Shown: positions 1 to 9,465 of the stretch, one piece after another
Position numbering within the stretch: position 1 is the first letter of the stretch
Layout: the number at the start of each line of letters is the position of its first letter
DNA from: Acidilobaceae archaeon
GTDB lineage: Archaea > Thermoproteota > Thermoprotei_A > Sulfolobales > Acidilobaceae
Reading direction: 5' to 3'
DNA: 64,000 nt
Assembly: GCA_038897215.1 (NCBI GenBank)
Contig: JAWAWX010000001.1
Coordinates: 800,001 to 864,000 of the forward strand
Notes under the pieces: generated by a model
Told to the model about the DNA's origin: nothing
The model's database searches: none
Seen by the model: only the letters and a program-made list of their open reading frames with translations
Position numbers and translations under genes: made by a program

Positions 1-792
1 GTATTTCGCTTCACCCCTGATCTCCTCGACGATCTTACCCGCTAAGAGCTCTACGGGGTCTGCCTTGATTATCTTCTTCACCTCCTCGAATGTCTCGAAA
101 GGCTTCTGAGCTCTCTTCTCTAGAAGACTCTGAACAGTCTTCTTACCTATCCCGGAGAAGAGGTCAAGAGTATGTAGCCGTATGTTGATCGGCTCGGCTA
201 CGTTGAAGAACTCCACGAACGTCCGCTCGTCAGCTTGTATCACTCTCTTGACAGCCTCAACTAGATTCTCCTTGGCTATATCAGTGAGCTCAGCATAGCT
301 CAGAGGCTTCTGAGGAACTACGAGGATCTTCTCAGGTAATCCTCGCTCAGAAGCTATCCTAGACAGCTCGGTCGGAGAGTCTACTAGGAGAGCCCAGCCT
401 CCCTCACTCTGAATAGCTTCTCTTAGCAAGTCCTCGGTCCATGAGTCTAGCTCTGTGAGAGAATAGCAGTACGAAGTCTTCTCCGGTCCTGGGAGACACG
501 CGAGAACCACGTTCACCTTCCTGAATCTAGTTCCTCTCACGTCTACAGGCTGAGTGAGAAGCCGGGTCACTTCTCTAGCTAGAGTTACTCTCTCGAAGAC
601 CTCTACGTCAGAGAGAGGGATGCCGTCGACTAGAGTAAACCTCCTGACTCCGACAGCTTGAGCTACAGGCTTACCCTTATGCTCTTTGTGAGGGTCTGAC
701 TCTATACCGCTCGGGCTGTAATCGAGTATAACGGCTTCTCTCTCGAGAGCAGCTACATGCACTCTCCTAGATTGAAACTGAGCTCTATCCAC
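1..792 (-). CDS. DUF655 family putative RNA-binding protein (HhH), runs off window edge
   Basis: Manual translation from GTG 792: ILDYSPSG..HKGKPVAQAVGVRRFTL..FVEFFNVAEPINIRLHTLDLFSGIGKK; usual neighbour of rpo4/rpl21e; not in the ORF track. Confidence 0.85.
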   Translation of the reverse strand, partial: MDRAQFQSRRVHVAALEREAVILDYSPSGIESDPHKEHKGKPVAQAVGVRRFTLVDGIPLSDVEVFERVTLAREVTRLLTQPVDVRGTRFRKVNVVLACLPGPEKTSYCYSLTELDSWTEDLLREAIQSEGGWALLVDSPTELSRIASERGLPEKILVVPQKPLSYAELTDIAKENLVEAVKRVIQADERTFVEFFNVAEPINIRLHTLDLFSGIGKKTVQSLLEKRAQKPFETFEEVKKIIKADPVELLAGKIVEEIRGEAKY

Positions 793-1211
793 GAGAGCGT
801 TCCCAGAGCGATAGTAACGTGAATGCTTTTAAACGCTTGACCACTTAGCCTTAATTAAGTCAAGGCTGGAAGAGGCTATAGGGTACTGTCGAGCTTTACG
901 TTCACGTGCGCGTTGAGACCCCCATTTAGCTCCACTCCTCTCGCTCGATAAGCGAAGCTCTTCTTAGTTAAGAACAGGTCATAATCGTGGCTATGCTCTC
1001 GCTCTAGGCCCTACAACTCCCCCCAATCAAGCCATACCCTCATTTTGATGTTTCACGGAAAAAGCCACAAGCTTGCTCAACGCGAGAGTATCGATACCTT
1101 TATCAATCGTGGCAACTCCGCTCTCTCTTTCCCGCGTCTACGTACTCCTTTCCGAACACGAGTTGCGCGAGAACGAGTTCTCTAGGATATCTCTTCGGCT
1201 ATGGACTCCTA

Positions 1212-1580
1212 CTAGTCTCGCGCGAGTGTAGCCTGGCTTCTGTCTAGGCAGACTCTTCGAGTTACGGCTAGGATGTTTGAGACAACCTCTGGGTCTACGG
1301 GTACGTCTTTGAACGCTGAGAGCACTAGCCTGACCTCTCCTTCACTCTGTAGACACAAGTCGACTATATTCACGGCAGCCTCTATAGGCATGCCTAGCTT
1401 TAGCAAGCTCTCAACAGCGCTTCTAGACTCCTCTACGTCTAGCTTACCGAATACCATCAAGTAGTCACGAGTCCTATTGATTATCTCTAGCGTTTTCTCT
1501 CCTTCTTCAAGCCTCTCCTCTATAATCTTTCTCGCCTCGTGAGTAGTTATGTACCTCTTGCTCAGAATCCGTCTCTCCAA
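1212..1580 (-). CDS. rpo4: DNA-directed RNA polymerase subunit Rpo4 (F)
   Basis: ILSKRYIT..EA, RTRDYL..F.K, AVNIVDLC..SEGEVR; follows rpl21e. Confidence 0.88.
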   Translation of the reverse strand: MERRILSKRYITTHEARKIIEERLEEGEKTLEIINRTRDYLMVFGKLDVEESRSAVESLLKLGMPIEAAVNIVDLCLQSEGEVRLVLSAFKDVPVDPEVVSNILAVTRRVCLDRSQATLARD

Positions 1581-1602
1581 GAGCCGGCCCCTCTCTCCGC
1601 TC

Positions 1603-1929
1603 CTAGCTTGTCGTCTCGGTGGAAGCTATGAGAGGCTTGAGGTGATGGGGGGCTACTATGAGGGTTTTCTCTTTCTCTCCTAAGTTGACTCTGACTATAT
1701 AGCACTCTCCTCTCTTCCCCGCAATTACGCCCGTCTTCCCGTGATATCTTCTATGCGGCATGCCCTCGTGGAAGGACGGGTTGATCACTATGGCTATCCT
1801 CTCGCCCACAGAGTACTCTCTGAGTAGCACGCTTACTCTAGGAACTGCTCCTCTTTCTCTCACATTCTTTCTCAACAGCTTCCTAGTTCTATGTCTGTAG
1901 CCGCGGGGAGCCTTGACCAAGAGCTTCAC
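1603..1929 (-). CDS. rpl21e: 50S ribosomal protein L21e
   Basis: GYRHRTRKLLRK, GMPHRRYHGKTG, PHHLKP. Confidence 0.97.
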   Translation of the reverse strand: MKLLVKAPRGYRHRTRKLLRKNVRERGAVPRVSVLLREYSVGERIAIVINPSFHEGMPHRRYHGKTGVIAGKRGECYIVRVNLGEKEKTLIVAPHHLKPLIASTETTS

Positions 1930-1996
1930 CTAGTGCTCGAGCCGAGAGAGGGCTATTTAAGGTTTTAGCTTGTAGTCGTGGACCCCTCGGGCTTAC

Positions 1997-3307
1997 TCAT
2001 GTTTTCAAGCTGACCTCTACTACGTCTAGCTCGATGCAGTAAGCGTTTCTACCGAGAGCTTCTGAAAAGCTGGGAGTAGTTCTGTTATCGTCTCCGCTAA
2101 CCAGCTCCTTTACGTACAATCCTCCCTCGGTTTTTATCAAACACTCGACTACAGCAGAGTTTACCTTAGTGCATACCACCTTCTCGACTCTCCTGACCCT
2201 GCTAGTGTCTCTCTTTCTGCCCAAGACCCTCTTGGGCGTTCTTTGGAGTATCGTGGCTCCCGTGAGCTTCTGCTCTAGCAACCGTAGCTCGTCGTCGCTC
2301 ACACCCCCTTCTACGGCGATGAGCGCTCTGTAGGTCTTGCTCTTGACTGCTAGCTCCTCCTTGTATATTCTGATAACGTCTCTGGACTCAGCGAGCCCCT
2401 CTACGCTGAACTCAATGACATTCATAGCTAGAGAGTTCAAGGCGTTCTCGAGTTCTCTCAAGCCGAGACTCCAGACTTTAGGAGCCTTCACCTCGACGAG
2501 AGCGGGTCTCCCTGACCCGAGCATTCTAGCATCTATATCCTCCCGTCCCGAAGCATGTAATACCACGCTCTCTCCTCTCGTCGTAGCGAGGACCCCAGTA
2601 GCGGCTTCCTCTATAGAGAAGTACCTAGGGCCTCCTATGGTGGGCCAGTAGGCTTGACTTATCATTCTACCCTTCTTCCAGTATCTACACTTAATCAACA
2701 AGCTAGAAGCCTGGACCTCGATAGAGCCCTCTGGGAACTTGACGACTAGAGTTACGTCGGGGTGCTTGAAGTCGGGCGTGAGACCTGTCAGCTTCTGCAC
2801 TCTCTTCCCGACCTCTCTCCTGATCTCGCTCTTGAGAGACTCCCAAAAGCTGAGACCATACTTGCTTGCTATCTCCTCTTCTCTCTTCAAGTAGCTCTCC
2901 TCACAGACTACTCCGATTAGGAAGCTTCTGGCTCCCTGAGCCTTCAGGATCGACGCGGATTCTCTCGAGGCTTTCTCGATGAATTCCTCGAGAGAGCTAC
3001 CACATATAGCGCAAAGTCTGGTCTCAGGCTTTACCCCGAAGACCTGGACGTAGAGCCCCTCGGCTATCTCGCCGATATTGGGAGCGATGGCTTTCAGCTC
3101 TTCACTAGCGCTCTTGTCCCCATAGCGTATCCTCTCGTGCAACCTCATCACTAAGGTTCTCTTCAAAGCCTCTCCTCTATGTCTGTTATCCCACCCGTAC
3201 CCTAGTCTGGCGAAGAGTCTCCCGAGACACCTATCGCATAGCGGAGCTTCTCGGAGAAGCCTCTCTGCCACCTCGAGGAGGTTCGAACTCTTCTCTGGAG
3301 AACTCAA
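1997..3307 (-). CDS. pus10: tRNA pseudouridine(54/55) synthase Pus10
   Basis: LCDRCLGR, HASGREDIDARMLGSGRP, QRTP.RV, GGLYVKELVSGD..RT.PS. Confidence 0.95.
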   Translation of the reverse strand: MSSPEKSSNLLEVAERLLREAPLCDRCLGRLFARLGYGWDNRHRGEALKRTLVMRLHERIRYGDKSASEELKAIAPNIGEIAEGLYVQVFGVKPETRLCAICGSSLEEFIEKASRESASILKAQGARSFLIGVVCEESYLKREEEIASKYGLSFWESLKSEIRREVGKRVQKLTGLTPDFKHPDVTLVVKFPEGSIEVQASSLLIKCRYWKKGRMISQAYWPTIGGPRYFSIEEAATGVLATTRGESVVLHASGREDIDARMLGSGRPALVEVKAPKVWSLGLRELENALNSLAMNVIEFSVEGLAESRDVIRIYKEELAVKSKTYRALIAVEGGVSDDELRLLEQKLTGATILQRTPKRVLGRKRDTSRVRRVEKVVCTKVNSAVVECLIKTEGGLYVKELVSGDDNRTTPSFSEALGRNAYCIELDVVEVSLKT

Positions 3308-3373
3308 GAATAGAGCCCTCTCTACATCCTGATACCTCAGGCTTTTAGCTAGTTGTGATCGCTAGAGTGGTGT

Positions 3374-4738
3374 TCAGAGAGCTCTCGCCTCGCTGGACCT
3401 GTATTCTCGCTTCTTGCGCGCTACTCTCTCTAGAAACTCCTCTACCAGCTCCTCTAGGCTCGGCCCCTCGACTATCTCTACCTCGTAGCTAACTCTAGCT
3501 ATGGGCTTGTCTAGCCTTATCACTCGAGCTAAGTCTATAGGGGCCCCTAGCACGACCGTTTCAGCCGGTATTCTCTCAAGCGTTCTCTCTAAGTCTCTAA
3601 GCTGCTCCTCAGTGTACCCTAGGGTTGGGACGACGGGCCCTATGTGCGGGTAGTCTCTGTAGACTCTCTCTATCCAGCCTACAGCATAGGGTCTAGGGTC
3701 TACCACCTCCGCTCCATGCTCTACAGCTGCAACATATCCTGCTCCATACGGTGCCTCGCCGTGAGTGACTGTGGGCGCATCCTCAACCACTACTACCCTC
3801 TTGCCTGCAACGAGTTCAGGCTTGTCTACGTAGACTCTGCTCACCGCTAGAGATATCCTGGCTCTCGGATTGACTCTCCTCACGTTCTCCACAACCTTCT
3901 TCACGTTCTCCGGCTTAGCTCTATCGACCTTATTTACTATCACAGCATCAGCTAGCCTGATATTGACCTCGCCCGGATAGCTTTCGACCTCCTGCCCTGG
4001 TCTCATGGCGTCAGCTACTGCTATCGAGTAGTCTGGCTTCACTAGAGGCCAGTCGTTATTGCCTCCATCCCAGAGGATTACGTCCGCGTCTCTCTCGGCT
4101 TCCTCGACTACTCTAGCGTAGTCTACCCCAGCATAGACTTTCAAGCCCATTCTCACATAGTGCTCGAACTCTTCTCTCTCCTCTAGAGTTAGATTCATCT
4201 CGTCTAGCTCTTCGAGAGAGGATACTGAAAACACCTCCTTGAAGTCGTTGTAGACCATTGGGTGCCTGACTGGAGCGACTCTATAGCCCTTCTTGGTTAG
4301 TATAGACGCTACCCTTCTAGCCACGCTACTCTTGCCTGCTCCAGTTCTAGTAGCTGTAACAGCTATCACTGGCTTCTCGGATTCAAGCATGGTCTCTCTA
4401 GGTCCTAGTATAGCGAAGGAGGCTCCGGTAGCGAGCACTCTGCTGACTATGCTCCCCAGATTTCTGTACGTGAGGTCGCTGAAGGCTAGCACAACGAGGT
4501 CTACACTCTCCTCCCTAATGACCTCCTCCAGCTTCTCTGCTGGCACTATTCTAACACCCTCGGGGTAGAGGCTTCCAGCAAGTCTAGACGGGTATGCTTC
4601 AAGCGCTACTCCGGGTATCTGGGTTAAAGCGAAGGCAACTACTCTAAACATAGGGTTGTCTCTGAAGACTAGGTTAAAGTTATGGAAGTCTCTCCCACCA
4701 GCTCCTAGCACTAGAACTCTGACTGGGCTTTTTCTCAA
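3374..4738 (-). CDS. Cyclic 2,3-diphosphoglycerate synthetase-like P-loop protein (COG2403)
   Basis: GAGGRDFHNFN, ATRTGAGKS, RHPM, WDGGNND, EDAPTVTHG. Confidence 0.85.
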   Translation of the reverse strand: MRKSPVRVLVLGAGGRDFHNFNLVFRDNPMFRVVAFALTQIPGVALEAYPSRLAGSLYPEGVRIVPAEKLEEVIREESVDLVVLAFSDLTYRNLGSIVSRVLATGASFAILGPRETMLESEKPVIAVTATRTGAGKSSVARRVASILTKKGYRVAPVRHPMVYNDFKEVFSVSSLEELDEMNLTLEEREEFEHYVRMGLKVYAGVDYARVVEEAERDADVILWDGGNNDWPLVKPDYSIAVADAMRPGQEVESYPGEVNIRLADAVIVNKVDRAKPENVKKVVENVRRVNPRARISLAVSRVYVDKPELVAGKRVVVVEDAPTVTHGEAPYGAGYVAAVEHGAEVVDPRPYAVGWIERVYRDYPHIGPVVPTLGYTEEQLRDLERTLERIPAETVVLGAPIDLARVIRLDKPIARVSYEVEIVEGPSLEELVEEFLERVARKKREYRSSEARAL

Positions 4739-4946
4739 CTCTCAAGCCCCTGTTAGCGAATATGCGGAAGTCGCAGTTATAAAGTTACACTTGTTACACT
4801 CGATGAATGCTCTTTGACAGCTGTAACTGTTGGATGGAGTCTAGTCTAGTCTTACTCCACTAATCGAGTCGATGTCGAGCATAGCCTTGGAGATTAGCCT
4901 AGTAAAACTATAGTCTCAAGAGAAGCCTAGACTAGAGCGGGGGGAG

Positions 4947-5438
4947 TTGAGGAGAGTTCTGCTACTACTGCCATGCAATAAATGCGTGAGACTCGGAGAC
5001 TACGCTCTCTGCGATAGCTGGAGAAGAGTACTGGCTAGTGTTGGGGACCTCGTCTCAGCAGGGTTGCTCGAGCTAGCAGCTATCGACTCCTGCAAGCCCG
5101 GAGTGGTAGTCTACGGGGAGGAGCTGAGCTACTCTTGGTGTGACATAGAGCCCTACTGGGGTAGGACCTATGGCGGAGATGGCTCTCGATTCGAGATTCT
5201 AGTTGACGCTATAGCTAGAGATTTGAGAGAGCTCTCGCTAGAGTACAGGGCTATAGTAGCATACCTTAACGTCAAGGCGTACAAGCTCGCTGTTCTCGAA
5301 GCATCGAGAAGAACGGGGGTTACAGTATTCGACCTAAGCCCTCCTAGAATGTCGCCGCTCTCCTTCAGGTCTAGGAGGAGTCTGGAGAGGCTGAGGGCGT
5401 CTCTCCTTGAGCTTGTCAGTCTACATAGTGATGCCTGA
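4947..5438 (+). CDS. Cys-rich hypothetical protein, DUF5591/ArcS-domain-like
   Basis: GGGGGAG SD before TTG; N-terminal LLLLPC strand, PGVV..E...Y, IVAYL; stop overlaps the next gene. Confidence 0.65.
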   Translation: MRRVLLLLPCNKCVRLGDYALCDSWRRVLASVGDLVSAGLLELAAIDSCKPGVVVYGEELSYSWCDIEPYWGRTYGGDGSRFEILVDAIARDLRELSLEYRAIVAYLNVKAYKLAVLEASRRTGVTVFDLSPPRMSPLSFRSRRSLERLRASLLELVSLHSDA

Positions 5439-6150
5439 CCTAAGCCTCAGCAAGGTTAGAGCAGTAGAGCTAGCGTCGAGAGAGACGGATTTCGGGGTAC
5501 TCGTCTCCTTCTCAGTGATCAAGATGAAGCCGGTGACTCTCGAGAGGCTAGCTCTGCTACGCTCTCTAACAGACGTCCCCGTCATGCTTGACTCAGGAGC
5601 ATACCATCTAGCGAGACTAGGAGTAGAGGTTAGAGTAGAGGAGTACGCTGAGCTAGCCTCAAGAAACAGCAGGCTCTTCGACACGGTAGTCGCGCCAGAC
5701 ATACCCGGAGACTGTGCTACAACTCTAGAGAGAACGAGAGTCTTCGCTAAGCTCTACGGAGACCAGTTCGTGCCCGTCACTCAAGGGAGGAGCGTCAGAG
5801 ACTACGTTCTCTGTAGCGAGGAGCTAAGCGAGTACGCTGGCGAGAAGCTAGGAGTAGGGGGGCTCGACGGGGAGAAGAAGAGAGCGGGCTTTGTCTCCGA
5901 GCTAGTAGCAGCTCTCCCAAGCGGTCTCCACATCTTCGGAGCAGGGTCCAGGCTAGTAGCAAGCCTCTCTAGGCTAGGGCTAGCGAGAAAAATAGCCTCT
6001 ATAGACAGCTCTGGCTGGCTCGCGGAGATACGCTATAGGAGGAGGAGTGTGCTCAAAGCTGAGAACGTAGTAGAAGCCAACGCTAGAGCTATAGTAGCGT
6101 ACGTGGATAGAGTCAAGAGAGCATACTCCAAGAATGCTCTCGAGCCGTGA
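5431..6150 (+). CDS. Minimal tRNA-guanine-transglycosylase (TGT/DpdA)-like protein
   Basis: MLDSGAY, APDIPGD, VPVTQG, GVGGL, LHIFG, IDSSGW in canonical TGT order; no CxCxxC; ATG 5431 overlaps the upstream stop (ORF track starts 5407). Confidence 0.8.
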   Translation: MPDLSLSKVRAVELASRETDFGVLVSFSVIKMKPVTLERLALLRSLTDVPVMLDSGAYHLARLGVEVRVEEYAELASRNSRLFDTVVAPDIPGDCATTLERTRVFAKLYGDQFVPVTQGRSVRDYVLCSEELSEYAGEKLGVGGLDGEKKRAGFVSELVAALPSGLHIFGAGSRLVASLSRLGLARKIASIDSSGWLAEIRYRRRSVLKAENVVEANARAIVAYVDRVKRAYSKNALEP

Positions 6151-6207
6151 GAGGGGAGAGGGGAAGGTAGAGAGTAAACTAAAGTCGAGGTAGCTAAAGA
6201 GGAAGAG

Positions 6208-6831
6208 TTACTGCTTTACCTTCTCTGTTAGAATGTATACCTTACTGCCCACTATTGACGCATTGGGTATAAGGACTACGGTTTTGTCGTCCTTAGTCAT
6301 CCTAGTGTAGACTATGCCGATCTCGTCTACGTGTCCCTCCTCGCCAACGACGTTGACTCTATCTGCGACCAGCTTGAAGGGCCTTATGAGTATTAGGAAG
6401 AAGCCAGCTACGACCTGAGAGAGGATCTGCTGAGTAGCGTAGCCTACCACGATTGCCAGAAAGCCTGCTAGCGCAACCGCAGCAGCTCCGCCGACCACCG
6501 CGCCTATTATCACAACGACTATGGCTCCCATGCCGACCAGGAATACGGCGTTTCTAACAGCAGCAGCTGTAGCTATATCCTCGTGGCTAGCATAGGTAGC
6601 GTAGAAGGCAGCGTTCGATAAAGCCTTTACTACGAAGTAACCGAAGATTATTATCAGTGCAGCGTTAATGTAGGGATTCAGTCCTGTCAAGTCGACTCCG
6701 AAGATGTCTTTGATGGTAGCGAATATAGCGGCAATGATTGCTCCCACGATTATGTAGAGGATGATGTAGATTAACGCCTTTACTAGCTCTCCTCCAACCC
6801 TCTTCCTAGCCTCTTCTCTCGTCAGGCTCAA
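6208..6831 (-). CDS. mscS: Small-conductance mechanosensitive channel, MscS family (short form)
   Basis: TM helices then GYATQQILSQVVAGFFLILIRPF, G.V.EIG..YT, V.IPN. Confidence 0.85.
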   Translation of the reverse strand: MSLTREEARKRVGGELVKALIYIILYIIVGAIIAAIFATIKDIFGVDLTGLNPYINAALIIIFGYFVVKALSNAAFYATYASHEDIATAAAVRNAVFLVGMGAIVVVIIGAVVGGAAAVALAGFLAIVVGYATQQILSQVVAGFFLILIRPFKLVADRVNVVGEEGHVDEIGIVYTRMTKDDKTVVLIPNASIVGSKVYILTEKVKQ

Positions 6832-6902
6832 CTACCACACCATTACCTCCCGCGCTACTCTGAGAAGATATAAGCTTTATAGTCGAGCGTCGATCTCGGA
6901 CC

Positions 6903-7670
6903 TTAGTCTAGATCCCACTTAATGGTCTTACTGAAAAGTATTACAGATGCTAGAAGCCACACTGCGAGAGCTCCAGCGAGTAGCCATAGAGGGTAGACGG
7001 GCTCGGAGATCCCGGCTATCATCCTGAGAGTCTCTGCTCCCAGGCCTGTGGGCGTTAGGAAGACGAGGGGTCTCAGGGCCTCGGGCATGTTGGCCACGGG
7101 GTAGAAGACTGGGGGTATGAAGAATAGGATGAAGAATATCATCCCGTAAATAGAGTATGCTTTCAGGTAGCTCTTCACTCTAGACGCTATATTCATGCCT
7201 ATCAAGGTGCCCAGCAAAGACATCAGTGGAGCGAAGACGAAGGCGAGTAGCACGATCTCAGGCTTTCCAGCTATTATCGAGATCACCAGGATGTAGAAGA
7301 AGTCGGAGGCGAACCCGAAGGTGCAAGCTGCTAGAGCAGAGCCTAGCACAAAGTTCCAGCGCTTGAGCTTAGAGACCATCATCACGTCTAGCACCTTAGT
7401 GAGCCTCCACGTTATGATGACTCTCTGAGCTGCAGTACCCCCTGCGTTGAAAGAGCCTGCTATCATGTAGCCGGAGGCTACTAGGAGGAACGCTATCTTG
7501 CTCTGGAGGAGGAAGTAGAGGAGCACTGTTAGAGCGAAAGCCGTCAAGAGACCGCTGAGAGCAGATTCTAGGTTCCTCCGGAAATCGCCCGAAGCCAGGA
7601 TAGCGACTCCGACCACCTGCTTCAAATCGTTGCGGATGCTCTCAACGATGCCTATCTTCAGTAAGCTCAT
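6903..7670 (-). CDS. ABC-2 type exporter permease
   Basis: About 6 TM helices, PPVFYPVANMPEALRPL...P; 4-bp overlap with the ATPase gene. Confidence 0.85.
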   Translation of the reverse strand: MSLLKIGIVESIRNDLKQVVGVAILASGDFRRNLESALSGLLTAFALTVLLYFLLQSKIAFLLVASGYMIAGSFNAGGTAAQRVIITWRLTKVLDVMMVSKLKRWNFVLGSALAACTFGFASDFFYILVISIIAGKPEIVLLAFVFAPLMSLLGTLIGMNIASRVKSYLKAYSIYGMIFFILFFIPPVFYPVANMPEALRPLVFLTPTGLGAETLRMIAGISEPVYPLWLLAGALAVWLLASVILFSKTIKWDLD

Positions 7671-8569
7671 CTCGAGCCTCCCTTAATCACCACGTAGTGC
7701 AGGTAGACGTCCTCGACTCCCAGCTTCTCTGCTCTAAGACCCAGGCTCCTAGCTAGAGACTCTGCTTCTCTACAGCTCGAGAAGTAGAGTATAGTCGAGT
7801 CTCCGAGCTTTGCTCTCGCGTCAGTACTCAGCTCGCTCGCATCTACCCCCTCTTCTCTCACGACGACTCTGCACCCGTAGGGTAGGCTCTCGATGAGTCT
7901 TGTTGGAGTATCGTGCACGACGACTCTACCCTTATTTATTATCGCTATAGAGCTAGCAGCGAGCTCCGCCTCCCGTATGTCGTGAGTAGTCAGCAGCACA
8001 GTCCTCCCCTCTCGCCTCACCTCTCTCAAAGCCTTGAGGAGCTCGTGTTTCCCCTCTATATCGAGACCTGATGATGGCTCGTCGAGGAAGAATACCTCGG
8101 CTCCCGAGGCTAAAGCCATGGCTACAAGCACTCTCTTCCTCTGGCCCCCGCTCAGCTCTATTACCGGGACGTCTTTGATACTGGAGAGACCCAGGCGCTC
8201 GAGCCAGTACGATGTCTCTCTCTCAGCTCTGCTTAAGCTAAACCCTCTCACGACAAGATACCACTTGATCGCCTCTCTAGGAGTCCAGTACGCGTCAGGC
8301 CTCCCGTCTTGAGGAACTATAGCTGAGATCTCTCGAACCTTGTGAGGCTCCCTGAGTATATCGTAGCCATTGACGTAAGCTCTCCCCCCAGTGGGCTTCA
8401 AGAGAGTTGATAGAACACCCACGGTAGTAGTCTTGCCAGCACCGTTGGGGCCGAGAAGAGCACAGATTTCCCCGGCTCTCACATTCAGAGATACATCGAC
8501 TATGCCCCAAACACCTCTACTGTACTCCTTCGATAAACTCTCAGCTATAATAGAGTAATCGCGAAGCAT
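7667..8569 (-). CDS. ABC transporter ATP-binding protein (DrrA-like)
   Basis: GPNGAGKTT, LSGGQ, FFLDEP, TTH. Confidence 0.95.
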   Translation of the reverse strand: MLRDYSIIAESLSKEYSRGVWGIVDVSLNVRAGEICALLGPNGAGKTTTVGVLSTLLKPTGGRAYVNGYDILREPHKVREISAIVPQDGRPDAYWTPREAIKWYLVVRGFSLSRAERETSYWLERLGLSSIKDVPVIELSGGQRKRVLVAMALASGAEVFFLDEPSSGLDIEGKHELLKALREVRREGRTVLLTTHDIREAELAASSIAIINKGRVVVHDTPTRLIESLPYGCRVVVREEGVDASELSTDARAKLGDSTILYFSSCREAESLARSLGLRAEKLGVEDVYLHYVVIKGGSR

Positions 8570-8891
8570 AACCTAACTACCCCAAGTTATCCTCCGAGAG
8601 GGGAGAAGAGTTGAATTTAAATACGTTATAGACGACTCCACGCTAAATTGTTCCCTCTAGAGTGTTCGCTTGAAGAGTTGTAAACTAGACGACAGTTAGA
8701 TGGTATGGGAAATCGGCTTAGCTCCAAGGCATAGTCAGTCACGCTAGCTAAAAAAGTTCGTGCAACTCTACTATTCTCCCGTCACGCGCATAGAGACCCT
8801 TTATATAGCTTCAATCAAAAGCGTGTAGAAGCCTGTCTTTTCAAATCCAAGAGGTATCCAGGAGGATTCTCTGATACGGTGCTCTCCCGCC

Positions 8892-9167
8892 TTGTGCTCC
8901 CCGAGAGAGTGGGAGGAGGGGGGCTCTGAGCCTGTGGCAGAGCTCGACTCTAAGAAGGCTAGAGCTTCTAGGGTGTTTGACCGGAATCTCTACGGGCTCT
9001 ACCTAAGACTCAACGTGGTCTCCATGATGAGGTATGGTATGTGCTTTGCTCAACTCGCTCTATTCGAGAAAACTCGAGCTCTAGAGGTCGTGAGAGAAGT
9101 AGCTGGAGGCGAGGAATCCTCTAGAGTGCTCGCGGAGATCATGGAGTCTATCTTGATGAACGAATAG
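8892..9167 (+). CDS. Small hypothetical protein (start may be the internal GTG, VAELDSKK)
   Basis: Host-like codon use, GGAGGAGGGGG SD-like run before the internal GTG; no recognised family. Confidence 0.4.
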   Translation: MCSPREWEEGGSEPVAELDSKKARASRVFDRNLYGLYLRLNVVSMMRYGMCFAQLALFEKTRALEVVREVAGGEESSRVLAEIMESILMNE

Positions 9168-9465
9168 TAGATACAAGGTTTTCAAGCTATCTAGAGTTAG
9201 CTCTCTCGCCTCAATGACGGCTCGGCAACCACTAGAGGCGGGAGAGTGTGTGCACTCTTCGAGACGGTCTCAGTGGTGGTAGCTGATGCGGCTCTCAATG
9301 ACTTCGCGAAAAGCGAGTTAGTGATAGGGAGGGAGTCTGTGTCGATAGCAACCAAGATAACCCAAGTAGCCAAGACGACCTGAGCATTGGATATGGGCAA
9401 CCACTATGTCAGGCATAGCGTAGACAAGCTGAGCTACATCATGCAAGCACCACCTAGCTGGGAGG

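Noticed and set aside
8836-8860. CTTTTCAAATCC resembling the start of a crenarchaeal CRISPR repeat
   Set aside because: Single copy, no spaced repeats, no cas genes
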